From Candidatus Fermentibacteraceae bacterium (GTDB lineage Bacteria; Fermentibacterota; Fermentibacteria; Fermentibacterales; JCC-6): 64,000 bases of DNA. Of this stretch, positions 39,256-47,290 are shown one piece after another; position 1 is the first letter of the stretch, and each line of letters opens with the position of its first letter. The notes under the pieces are model-generated. The model did not search any database and had not been told where the DNA came from. It saw nothing but the letters and a program-made list of their open reading frames with translations. The stretch lies in contig JBGSZS010000018.1 in assembly GCA_041750285.1 (NCBI GenBank), positions 160,001 through 224,000 of the forward strand. The letters are read 5' to 3'. A program made the position numbers and the translations under genes.

Positions 39256-40172
39256 TCGTACCTGCCTTTTTTTGTCCTGACGCAGAGGACGTCGGAACCG
39301 GCCAGGATCTTCATCCCGCCCGGAAGGATATGCTCTCCGGTGCCGCCGGAGACGATCCAGGAATCGGTTTTGAAGAGCTCATCCGCCCCGGATCTCGGCT
39401 GCCCCGCCAGGGACCACAGAACTGAAAGCCTCATTGCTTCGGGAAGAGCAGCATACTCGGCTCTGGGCATCGGGTTGCATGCGGTGCCTGCAAGAACGGC
39501 CTGAAGGTCCCTCCACGCCGAGAGTACGGCTGACGCCCTGGAAAGGCCGTCTGCAGCCTCCGGGAAGTTCTCCTCAAGCACCGGCATCACCGAAGCCCTC
39601 ATTCTGTTCCTGGGAGTGGACCGGTCCTGGTTCGTGGGATCCTCCCGCCACTGCAGCCGCCGTTCCGACAGGAACTGCCTGACCTGGTCACGGTGGAGAT
39701 CGAGCATGGGTCTCACTACGGGTCCACGACCGCGATAGTCCATGCCTCCAAGTCCCCTGAGACCCGAGCCCTCCACAAGCCTCAACAGAAGCGTTTCCGC
39801 CCTGTCGCTCCTGGTGTGGGCCACGGCCACGATACTGCCGCTTTCGACGTAAAGACTGTGCCTGACATGGCTCCATCCGCTTTCGAGGGATCCGCCGGAC
39901 GCTGCTTCAGGCTTCTCGATCCTGCACGGAATCCCAAGCCTTTCACAGGTTTCCCGCACGAAGGCTGCGTCTTCCCCCGAGGAATCCCGGATTCCGTGAT
40001 CGATGTGAAGGACCCCGATGTTCCAGTGCCTGGCCGGAGCGAACCTGTCCAGAAGGTAAAGCATGGCCATGGAGTCAGCCCCGCCCGAGACCGCAGCGGT
40101 AACGCACGCCCCTTTCGGGATCAGGCCCTCCCGCTTAACGGTGCCAAGAAACACTCCTTCAACTGTGTCCAC
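39252..40172 (-). CDS. tilS: tRNA(Ile)-lysidine synthetase (short form)
   Basis: PP-loop AVSGGADS, HIDHGIR, AHTRSDRAET, VRPML, EDPTN...RNRMR. Confidence 0.93.
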   Translation of the reverse strand: MDTVEGVFLGTVKREGLIPKGACVTAAVSGGADSMAMLYLLDRFAPARHWNIGVLHIDHGIRDSSGEDAAFVRETCERLGIPCRIEKPEAASGGSLESGWSHVRHSLYVESGSIVAVAHTRSDRAETLLLRLVEGSGLRGLGGMDYRGRGPVVRPMLDLHRDQVRQFLSERRLQWREDPTNQDRSTPRNRMRASVMPVLEENFPEAADGLSRASAVLSAWRDLQAVLAGTACNPMPRAEYAALPEAMRLSVLWSLAGQPRSGADELFKTDSWIVSGGTGEHILPGGMKILAGSDVLCVRTKKGRYD

Positions 40173-40185
40173 CCCGCAAATATAT

Positions 40186-40337
40186 GGGGACGGACTAAGA
40201 TTGTTTAGTTTGTGCGCTTAAGGTAATGCGGCACAACATTATGAAAGAACACCAATGCAACACAACTGCTATCCTTATGTATTATCATGGTGGCCATAAT
40301 GTTAGCGCCACAAACTAAACAATCTTAGTCCGTCCCC
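40186..40337. repeat. 152-bp AT-rich element with perfect 29-bp terminal inverted repeats (MITE/REP-like or invertible segment)
   Basis: GGGGACGGACTAAGATTGTTTAGTTTGTG (40186-40214) and its exact reverse complement (40309-40337). Nested AACATTATG/CATAATGTT at 40235-40243 and 40295-40303. Confidence 0.9.
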
Positions 40338-40342
40338 CAAAG

Positions 40343-40376
40343 AAAAAAGGCAGCCCGGGGGAAAGGGCTGCCTTTT
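40343..40376 (-). terminator. Intrinsic terminator downstream of tRNA-Met
   Basis: AAAAGGCAGCCC-8 nt-GGGCTGCCTTTT; on the minus strand the stem is followed by a T6 tract. Confidence 0.85.
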
Positions 40377-40381
40377 GCATA

Positions 40382-40457
40382 TGGTAGCGGCGAAGGGACT
40401 TGAACCCCTGACCCGCGGATTATGATTCCGCTGCTCTACCAACTGAGCTACACCGCC
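40382..40457 (-). tRNA. tRNA-Met (CAT), elongator type
   Basis: GGCGGTGTAGCTCAGTTGGTAGAGCAGCGGAATCATAATCCGCGGGTCAGGGGTTCAAGTCCCTTCGCCGCTACCA: 76-nt cloverleaf with encoded CCA. Confidence 0.95.
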
Positions 40458-40470
40458 ATCGAGAGCCGGA

Positions 40471-40500
40471 AGAATAGCTACGGAGGGTGATGCATGTCAA
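40471..40500 (-). promoter_or_regulatory. Sigma70 promoter for tRNA-Met
   Basis: TTGACA-18 nt-TATTCT, ending 13 nt before the tRNA 5' end. Confidence 0.65.
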
Positions 40501-40808
40501 GAGCTTTCCGGCTCGTCGACAAGCTTCATCTTCCACATCAGCCTGTCGCCCTCGGACAGCTTCCTCAACTTGACCAGAGCAAGAATGACGCACAGCAGAA
40601 ACACTGCGGCAGAGACCCCGAGAAACGCCATAGCGGCGATCAGGGGAACCGGCAGGTAGTACTGAAACCAGAACGCGGCAGCAGCAAGGGCGAAAAGGAT
40701 CAGTGGCAGAATCAGAAGAGTCGCAATGCTCTTCTGTATCCGGCCCCTTTTTTCCATCCAGCGCTGAAACATCTCGGTGCGCTTCACCTGTTCATCTGTC
40801 CCGATCAT
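40497..40808 (-). CDS. Small hypothetical membrane protein (2 TM)
   Basis: Start MIGTDEQ; two hydrophobic segments; overlaps the end of the upstream gene. Confidence 0.7.
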   Translation of the reverse strand: MIGTDEQVKRTEMFQRWMEKRGRIQKSIATLLILPLILFALAAAAFWFQYYLPVPLIAAMAFLGVSAAVFLLCVILALVKLRKLSEGDRLMWKMKLVDEPESS

Positions 40809-42546
40809 TTCTGAGCCTTTCCTCAAGCAACTCGAGTACTTTTTCGCGGGCTTCGGCCTCAAGGGCGTGTCCCCCGCTCTGAAGACGCAGCAGCAACGCA
40901 GTGGCTCCCGACCACTCTATCATGCTCGCCGTTACCTTGTAATCCCTGACGACGTCGAGAAAGCCCCTGAAACCCTGAACTTCCCCCTTGCCTCCGCAGC
41001 AGATGATGGTGGCCTCACGGCGGCCTTCGGTCTCAACGTCCACCCAGGCCGGCTTCTCCACTCCCTGGGAATCCTGGATTATCCGGCGTATGGTCTCAAA
41101 GGCCAGCTGGATGTGCTGGGCAAGCTCCTCGGATGAGACCGAGGCACGAAGGAAATCCTCGAGACGGTAGTAGAAGTCAGTTACAAGCCCGTCCGGAATG
41201 TCCCGCAGGATGCCCTTGACTATGTCGAGTTGCTTCACGTCGTTGAGCCGCATGCCCTGATCGAAGTCCCTGAACTTGCCGTAGGCTTCCCGGATCCCGG
41301 ACTTCACGGCAAGGTAGGCATCCTCCATGTCCATGAATACGCTGCGCTGGACAGTGATGTCGATCACGTCAACCCAAACGTCGCCGTAGTTGGACGGGCT
41401 TTTGAAGCTTGCGACTGAAAGCCCGGTCTTCTCGTTTATCCTGTCCACCATGGTCAGGACCCTGTTGTCATGCTCGCGCGTGTCGCTGCTGCCAAGCGTC
41501 ACCACCAGAAGCTTCAGTTTCGCGGCGAACGTCTCGGTGGTTTCAAGGGCAAGGTAGGCCTGATTGATGCCTGTCTCACGGCATTCCTTCATCAGAAGAG
41601 GGATCAGCGCCCTGGCGTAGTTCTCACGCCCGCCGTACCTGTGGATCCTGACAAGCCTCTCGAGACGGTTCGACACCAGCAGGCTGTTAAGCGTTGAAGT
41701 TATGCAGCTCATCTCCTGACGCGTGGCGGGCAGCCCTGAGGGACCGGACATCTCGACCCGCACCGACACGATGCCGTCGGGAGTGGTATACCGCCTCTGA
41801 TGTCTGATGGTGGATCCAGGCCAGGCGTAGCTCAGGGCCGTAAGAAGGTTCTGGAACGAAATGTCCCGCTCGTAGCCAACGAGGTTGATGCCTGTCAGAT
41901 GTTCCGACTCGGTTCTGAGGTTCTTGACCTTGAACGCCGCCCGCCCACGGCTTCGGCGAACCTTTCTTATGAGATCGTTGTTGGTCTTGACCATCCAGGC
42001 CAGATCGAAGGCCTTTCTCTCACCAAGGTACTGGTCGCTTCTGGCACTGATGAAAAGCACGAGCTCTCCCTTTGCTCCGGTGATGTCCCTGGGGACCTCC
42101 CCCCGGTACATGGCCTCGAGCTCCTCCCTCACCGCCTCGTATATCTCGATGCGCTCGGCTGCCCGGCTGAGAAGGCTCATGGTGCCCTCACGGCCCACCG
42201 CCAGTTTCTTCAGCAGGGCTTCCAGCTTCTCGGTGTCGCGGTTGAAGGCATTCCGCTTTGCTTCGTCAGGTGTGCGGATACCGGCGATTATCACGCCCTG
42301 GCGCGCGCCCTCGACTTCGTGGGCAAAACCGTCAATGAAATCGAGGTTCCAGCCCAGGTGATGAAGCTCGCCGATGACAATCGACGCCAGCCCGGCCCAG
42401 TCCCGTGCGGAAACCGCAACAAGGGAGAGAATCCCTGCCTGCCGGGTTATGACCTTGACTTCCCCGTCATCAGGCTGAGCGGCGAGGTCGGTGTAGATCT
42501 GCCTCCTGTAAGCCTGGGATATGCTGCAGAAGCTGTTCGGAGACAT
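40792..42546 (-). CDS. Hypothetical protein with ACT-like repeats (GlnD/large-GDH regulatory-like), no catalytic domain recognised
   Basis: 584 aa. VAVSARDWAGLASIVIGELHHLGWNL resembles the GlnD-type ACT motif; a second similar segment is NLVGYERDISF...YTTPDG. Confidence 0.6.
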   Translation of the reverse strand: MSPNSFCSISQAYRRQIYTDLAAQPDDGEVKVITRQAGILSLVAVSARDWAGLASIVIGELHHLGWNLDFIDGFAHEVEGARQGVIIAGIRTPDEAKRNAFNRDTEKLEALLKKLAVGREGTMSLLSRAAERIEIYEAVREELEAMYRGEVPRDITGAKGELVLFISARSDQYLGERKAFDLAWMVKTNNDLIRKVRRSRGRAAFKVKNLRTESEHLTGINLVGYERDISFQNLLTALSYAWPGSTIRHQRRYTTPDGIVSVRVEMSGPSGLPATRQEMSCITSTLNSLLVSNRLERLVRIHRYGGRENYARALIPLLMKECRETGINQAYLALETTETFAAKLKLLVVTLGSSDTREHDNRVLTMVDRINEKTGLSVASFKSPSNYGDVWVDVIDITVQRSVFMDMEDAYLAVKSGIREAYGKFRDFDQGMRLNDVKQLDIVKGILRDIPDGLVTDFYYRLEDFLRASVSSEELAQHIQLAFETIRRIIQDSQGVEKPAWVDVETEGRREATIICCGGKGEVQGFRGFLDVVRDYKVTASMIEWSGATALLLRLQSGGHALEAEAREKVLELLEERLRNDRDR

Positions 42547-42555
42547 GTTCCTTCC

Positions 42556-42584
42556 TTGACGCCGAGGGTTCGTGGCCTTAGTAT
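42556..42584 (+). promoter_or_regulatory. Sigma70 promoter for tRNA-Val
   Basis: TTGACG-17 nt-TAGTAT followed by a GC-rich discriminator, 12 nt before the tRNA. Confidence 0.7.
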
Positions 42585-42596
42585 GCCAGCCGCTGC

Positions 42597-42673
42597 GGGC
42601 GAATAACTCAGCTGGCTAGAGTGCCTGCCTTACAAGCAGGATGCCGGGGGTTCAAGTCCCTCTTCGCCCACCA
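42597..42673 (+). tRNA. tRNA-Val (TAC)
   Basis: GGGCGAATAACTCAGCTGGCTAGAGTGCCTGCCTTACAAGCAGGATGCCGGGGGTTCAAGTCCCTCTTCGCCCACCA: 77 nt with CCA. Confidence 0.96.
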
Positions 42674-42679
42674 ATGCAA

Positions 42680-42708
42680 GGGGGGTGAGTCATGGCTGCT
42701 CACCCCCC
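42680..42708. terminator. Hairpin between tRNA-Val and the convergent gene
   Basis: GGGGGGTGAG-9 nt-CTCACCCCCC, a 10-bp stem. Confidence 0.65.
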
Positions 42709-42709
42709 G

Positions 42710-43462
42710 TTATCTTGCAAGCCGGAAGCCGGCGTACCAACATCGGTCGCCAGACGCGAATTCCCTGCTCCAGCCCAGTGTCATGGCGTCCTCTCCCTGT
42801 GCCCAGCTTCCGCCCTTGAGAACCCAGACCGAATCATCGTAGACCATCTCGGCGACGTTGCCGCCCAGGTCCGCAATACCGGCCCGTGAAAGCGGGAAGG
42901 AGCCGCAGGGGGATGTGTATGCGTAGCCGTCGGCATCCCGTTGAAGCCAGTCGTCTTGCGCGAGGTAGTTCCCGGGCATCCCCGCCTCGGTTGGGGGTAA
43001 ATCTCCCCATGGGTACTGGTTCGCAATCGATCCTGAAAGCCCCTGGGAGGCAGCATACTCCCACTCGTTCCGGGTGGGAAGCCGAAGGTTCATGGATGAC
43101 GCGAACTCGGCGGCTTCGGAGGGGCTGACGTTTACAACGGGATGGTCGGGCTGCTCGGCAATGTTGTCCGCAATGCCGGGAAAGCATGGGTCGGGTGGCG
43201 TTTCGATCCGGAAGGCTCCGGCATAGTGCGCATAAAGTCTGTTCGATACCTCGTGGACCATGATGCTGAAGGTTTCGACCCGAACGGTCTCGCCGGAGGA
43301 ATTCACGAACGTCCCGCCATGGATCACCTGGAAAAGGGTGTCTTCAGTGGTCACCGCAACCGCTGAAGAGTGCTCGTCGCCCTGTTCGTCGCCTCCGCAT
43401 GCTACGGCACATGCCAGTGCGGCCGCAAGAAAGGGAACAGAATGGAAACACCGCTTTTTCAA
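42710..43462 (-). CDS. FGE-sulfatase (SUMF1) domain lipoprotein
   Basis: Lipobox AVAC; HEVSN, HPVVNVS, RLPTRNEWEYAA, YPWG, DLGGNVAE, KGGSW, GFRLAR. TTG start at 43462. Confidence 0.9.
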   Translation of the reverse strand: MKKRCFHSVPFLAAALACAVACGGDEQGDEHSSAVAVTTEDTLFQVIHGGTFVNSSGETVRVETFSIMVHEVSNRLYAHYAGAFRIETPPDPCFPGIADNIAEQPDHPVVNVSPSEAAEFASSMNLRLPTRNEWEYAASQGLSGSIANQYPWGDLPPTEAGMPGNYLAQDDWLQRDADGYAYTSPCGSFPLSRAGIADLGGNVAEMVYDDSVWVLKGGSWAQGEDAMTLGWSREFASGDRCWYAGFRLAR

Positions 43463-43704
43463 CTGTTTTCGTTCCCGCCCCCCGGACGGACAATTATCCC
43501 CAGGGGAATCATTACGCAATACCCCAGAACGAGCAGAATGGGAGAGATGGAAACATGACCGGCCCTGAGGAGGAACCAGCCCGCGGTTATAACCACCAGT
43601 CCCGCAATGAAAAGGATGTAGTTGAGGGTTGTGAGGGGGGCCTCTTCAATGCTTCCCCTGTCGTTCTTGCCCGTTGCGGAGGCCTTCTTCTTAGCGGAAG
43701 CCAT
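43459..43704 (-). CDS. Small membrane protein, DUF3098-like
   Basis: Two-TM pattern LTTLNYILFIAGLVVITAGWFLL...SISPILLVLGYCVMIPLGI. Start MASAKKK. Confidence 0.7.
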   Translation of the reverse strand: MASAKKKASATGKNDRGSIEEAPLTTLNYILFIAGLVVITAGWFLLRAGHVSISPILLVLGYCVMIPLGIIVRPGGGNENS

Positions 43705-43779
43705 AGTCCTTCCTTCCACATTCGGATCGGTTCGATTAGCCACGCTCAACATGTAATTTACCATTTTTCCGCGAAAAAG

Positions 43780-44985
43780 TCAGGGCTGCACCCATCCATG
43801 CCGCTCCGCCTGCAGCATAGCCTCTCCCACGACGAAGAAGCTGCCGGTTACGATCATCCTGCCTGCCCCGGCAAATCGTCTGCATGCAAGAAGGGCTTCC
43901 TCTATCGTCTCGAAGGGCATGCACCGCACTCCCGCCGCCCTGAAAGCCTCCGAAAGTTCACTGGCGGGAAGCATCCGTTCGGACAGAGGGGTCACGGCAA
44001 AGACGGGGCTCACGGTGCCCGATACCATATCCACCATGGTTTGCCACGGCTTGTCCGAAAGAAAGCCGATCACGGCCGGAACAGGCTTCCCCCAATCCTT
44101 CACGAAGTCAAGCAGAGCCTCCATCGACTCGGGGTTGTGCGCCACGTCAAAGAGGATGGTGGGTGACCCTTCCCTGACATCGAGCCTTCCGGGCCATTTG
44201 AGACCGCTCGCGCAAAGGTCGGCATAGACGCCCCTTACCAGTTCGAATGGGCGTCCGAATACCTCGGATGCAGCTGCAAGGGCCAGCCCGCCGTTGTGTT
44301 TCTGATGGGGACCCGGAAGGGGTGCGCAGTCGACGGGCACCGGCTGGATGCGCCTGAGGCCCAGGCGTTCCACGGCATCGGTCACCACCGATTCAACGTC
44401 GGGGGTCTGGACGGAGGCCACGAGAAGTGTTCCTGCTTCGGCAACGGCGACCTTCTCGGCGGCAATAAGTGCCCTGGTGGCCCCGAGTATCCTGCTGTGT
44501 TCCACCTGCACTCCGGTGAAAACCGTTGCTTCGCCCCGGAAGACCCTGGTCGCGTCGAGACGCCCTCCCAGGCCTGCCTCGGCTATCACCCATTCCGCGC
44601 CGTTCCCGGCGAAGTACCACGCAGCCATGGCGGTCGTTATCTCGAAGAAAGTCGCCGAGTACTTCTGTATAAGGGCGCGATGGTCGGTTACGAAACGGGC
44701 GGCCTCCTCCTCGGGAATCCAGGCATCATCGAGGTTTATCCGCTCCCTGAAGTTTAATAGGTGGGGCGAGGTGGTGTGTCCAACCCTCAGCCCCAACCCC
44801 CGTCCCAGGGCAGCCAGCACCGCCGTTGTGCTGCCCTTGCCGTTGGTCCCCACGACATGCACTGTCCTGAATGCCTCCTGAGGCCTTCCCATGGCATCCA
44901 TCATGGCCTGCATCCTGTCGAGGTTGTACTTCATGCCAAGGCGTCTTCTGCTGAAAAGCCAGCTCTCTGCGGTAGAGTAGTTCAT
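43780..44985 (-). CDS. folC: Folylpolyglutamate synthase/dihydrofolate synthase
   Basis: HVVGTNGKGST, TSPHL..FRERI, TFFE, EAGLGGRLDAT, WPGR, DVAHNP, TGSF. Confidence 0.95.
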   Translation of the reverse strand: MNYSTAESWLFSRRRLGMKYNLDRMQAMMDAMGRPQEAFRTVHVVGTNGKGSTTAVLAALGRGLGLRVGHTTSPHLLNFRERINLDDAWIPEEEAARFVTDHRALIQKYSATFFEITTAMAAWYFAGNGAEWVIAEAGLGGRLDATRVFRGEATVFTGVQVEHSRILGATRALIAAEKVAVAEAGTLLVASVQTPDVESVVTDAVERLGLRRIQPVPVDCAPLPGPHQKHNGGLALAAASEVFGRPFELVRGVYADLCASGLKWPGRLDVREGSPTILFDVAHNPESMEALLDFVKDWGKPVPAVIGFLSDKPWQTMVDMVSGTVSPVFAVTPLSERMLPASELSEAFRAAGVRCMPFETIEEALLACRRFAGAGRMIVTGSFFVVGEAMLQAERHGWVQP

Positions 44986-46220
44986 TTCACCTTCACCAGT
45001 GTTTTCACAAGCTCCCTCAGCAAAGCGCCGCGGGAAGACCTTACAAAGGTCTGGGCCCTCAGCACTTCGGCATGGTTCACTCCAGACCCGGATCCAACAT
45101 CGTTCGTGACAATCGCTATCCCAATCACCTCACAACCCTGGGAGACAAGAGCCAGGGCTTCCTGCACCGTGGACATGGATACGACGTCCACACCTGAATC
45201 AGCGAGAAGTTCAACCTCGGAGCCGGTTTCGTAGGCGGGACCGGAAACGCAGGAGAAAACGCCATCAAGAACAGGAACCCCCGCACCGGCCCCCAACTCC
45301 ACCGCCTTCGCCCCAAGGCGCCGTGAATATACCGAGGTTCCCACTGGCCGCATGGCGGTTGAGGGAATGCACCCGGACAGGTTCACATGGTCTTTTATCA
45401 CGACCATGTCACCCGTTCTCAGGCCCGGAACAACGGCACCCGCCGAGGTGGTAAGCAGCCACGAATCCACGCCGAGGGATGCGAGCGCCGCCGGCAGAGC
45501 GGCAACCTGCCGGCCGTCATATCCCTGGTAGTGATGCCTTCTGCCCATCAGGTAAACGGTGCTTCCTTCAGCGTTCACCAGCAGGGTGCCCTCATGGCCC
45601 TCAACCTGGCTTCCCGACATCCCGGGAATGCGCCCGTAGGGTACTGTGAACCCTGGTTCATCCATCCCGGCGAGCCAGCCGATCCCCGATCCCAGAACGA
45701 CGCCGACCCTTGGCACCCTGCCATGAAGGATGTCCCGCATCGCCGCAGCCATGCCGGCGACTTCCGGTTCCGGTGCAAGCCCTCTTGACATCAGCAGAGC
45801 TGCCTCGCCGTCTTCATAGTAATCGTCCGAGTTCGCCCGGACGCTGAAACCAAGCCGTTCGTAAGCAGCCCTGGCACTTCCCGAACTCGCCCTGACCTCG
45901 AGGAACGCACGTCTGCATCCCCGCATGCGTCCCCAGTGCAGAACCGAAGAAACAAGCCGGGAGGCGATCCCCCTCCCTCGGTACTCCGGGGCCACGGCCA
46001 GCGAAAGCAGATGAACCTCATGCGGCTCATCGAGTGCGGCGGAGACATATCCGAGAAGCTCATCCTGCGCGAACGCACCTACCGACACGCTGTCGGACCA
46101 GCGGGCAAGAACACCCTTCAACGTGGCGCGGCTCCAGAAGTCACCCGGAAAACAAGCCTTTTCCAGCGCTGCGACACGCGTCAGGCTTTCGGTTCCGATC
46201 CTTCTCAGCTCAACGGCCAA
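44982..46220 (-). CDS. rimI: Fusion: ribosomal-protein-alanine N-acetyltransferase (RimI) plus purine nucleoside phosphorylase
   Basis: N-terminal half: ALEKACF...WS, LAVAPEYRGRGIA, FLEVRAS, YERLGF, YYEDGEAALLM. C-terminal half: VVLGSGIG, GHEG, GRRHHYQG, GPAYET, MSTVQE, VTN. One uninterrupted frame; TTG start at 46220. Confidence 0.88.
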   Translation of the reverse strand: MAVELRRIGTESLTRVAALEKACFPGDFWSRATLKGVLARWSDSVSVGAFAQDELLGYVSAALDEPHEVHLLSLAVAPEYRGRGIASRLVSSVLHWGRMRGCRRAFLEVRASSGSARAAYERLGFSVRANSDDYYEDGEAALLMSRGLAPEPEVAGMAAAMRDILHGRVPRVGVVLGSGIGWLAGMDEPGFTVPYGRIPGMSGSQVEGHEGTLLVNAEGSTVYLMGRRHHYQGYDGRQVAALPAALASLGVDSWLLTTSAGAVVPGLRTGDMVVIKDHVNLSGCIPSTAMRPVGTSVYSRRLGAKAVELGAGAGVPVLDGVFSCVSGPAYETGSEVELLADSGVDVVSMSTVQEALALVSQGCEVIGIAIVTNDVGSGSGVNHAEVLRAQTFVRSSRGALLRELVKTLVKVK

Positions 46221-46878
46221 GCGAATCCGCCTTCTGCATGAAACCCCTGAGGTAAAGGGGTTCGGGGTTCGGATCAAAGCCTCCGGCGCCTGCCAGTATG
46301 CTGCCGAGGATCGCGCACGACGATGCATCAGGCGTATCGAGGGTTTTGTCCGTCCAGACAAGCCGGGATTCGTGGATCTCGGACCTGCCAGACCCCACTG
46401 CCACCGCTCCGTACTGCAGGGCCAGTCCCGCAATGTCCGCTCCGTTGTACACCCCCGCGGGGACCAATTCGGGGGACAGGGGGTCGGATGATGGGTACAG
46501 CGCCGCAAAGACCTCGTCGTTTCTGGCCCGTACCGCCGCCAGGACGGGCTTGCCGGTATCGACCCCGCACGCCAGAAGCCTCAGCGTGGGAACTCCCTTC
46601 AGTGGAACTCCCCATCCGGCGCAAAGACCCCTGGCCGTTGCAACGGCGATCCTGAGCCCGGTGTAGGAGCCGGGGCCCAGCGTGAAAGCGACGCCCTCGA
46701 GGGATGCTCCTTCGATCCCGGCATCACCGAGGACTTTCCCGATGGAACGCAGCAACCCTCCCGACGTGGGAACTCCCACGGGTATCATATCGACGGATAT
46801 GACGGCCCGGTCCGCGACCAGCGCGGCGCCCCCGTTGCCGAACACAGTATCAAACCCCAGCCATGAGCCGCGCAACAA
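46210..46878 (-). CDS. tsaB: tRNA t6A biosynthesis protein TsaB
   Basis: LGFDT, GPGSYTGLRIAV, ARNDEVF, PEPLYLR. Confidence 0.92.
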   Translation of the reverse strand: MLRGSWLGFDTVFGNGGAALVADRAVISVDMIPVGVPTSGGLLRSIGKVLGDAGIEGASLEGVAFTLGPGSYTGLRIAVATARGLCAGWGVPLKGVPTLRLLACGVDTGKPVLAAVRARNDEVFAALYPSSDPLSPELVPAGVYNGADIAGLALQYGAVAVGSGRSEIHESRLVWTDKTLDTPDASSCAILGSILAGAGGFDPNPEPLYLRGFMQKADSLGR

Positions 46879-47290
46879 CTACCTCTCTCAGTAAAGGGTC
46901 TTCCAGACAATTGATCGTGATGTGCAGACCGGGATGACAGGCGAGGTCCGGAAAGCGGTCCGCCCACTCCGCTATCACCACGGCCGATGACTCAAGTATC
47001 TCGTCGAAACCCAGCATCGTCAGCTCATCATGACCGCCGGCGAGCCGGTAGAAATCCATGTGGTGCACATCGAAATCCGGAAGGGCGTAAACCGCGTCAA
47101 GAATGAAGGAGGGGCTTGGAATGGCCCCCGACACTCCCAGCGCCCTGATCACCGCTCTGGCCAGGGTGGTCTTTCCCGAGCCGAGGTCACCCACGAGAAA
47201 CACCCGCCCACCCGGGCCAAGGGACCCGGCAATACTGCCGCCGAGGTCAAGCATCCCCTGCTCGTCCAGAATGAACCGCTCGTGTGTCAC
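46850..47290 (-). CDS. tsaE: tRNA t6A biosynthesis ATPase TsaE
   Basis: GDLGSGKTT, SPSF, HMDFYRL, AEWAD. GTG start at 47290 overlaps the porX stop. Confidence 0.95.
   Translation of the reverse strand: MTHERFILDEQGMLDLGGSIAGSLGPGGRVFLVGDLGSGKTTLARAVIRALGVSGAIPSPSFILDAVYALPDFDVHHMDFYRLAGGHDELTMLGFDEILESSAVVIAEWADRFPDLACHPGLHITINCLEDPLLREVVVARLMAGV

Noticed and set aside
40382..40457. CAT-anticodon tRNA next to tilS as the TilS substrate tRNA-Ile2
   Set aside because: The acceptor stem (GGCGGTG, G1-U72) and the GGAATCATAATCC anticodon arm resemble elongator tRNA-Met as I recall them. A terminator also separates it from tilS. An isotype-specific covariance model would settle it.
40186..42710. 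tRNA-anchored genomic island or prophage
   Set aside because: No integrase, no duplicated tRNA 3' end and no phage genes seen; apart from the 152-bp element the flanks look like core genome.
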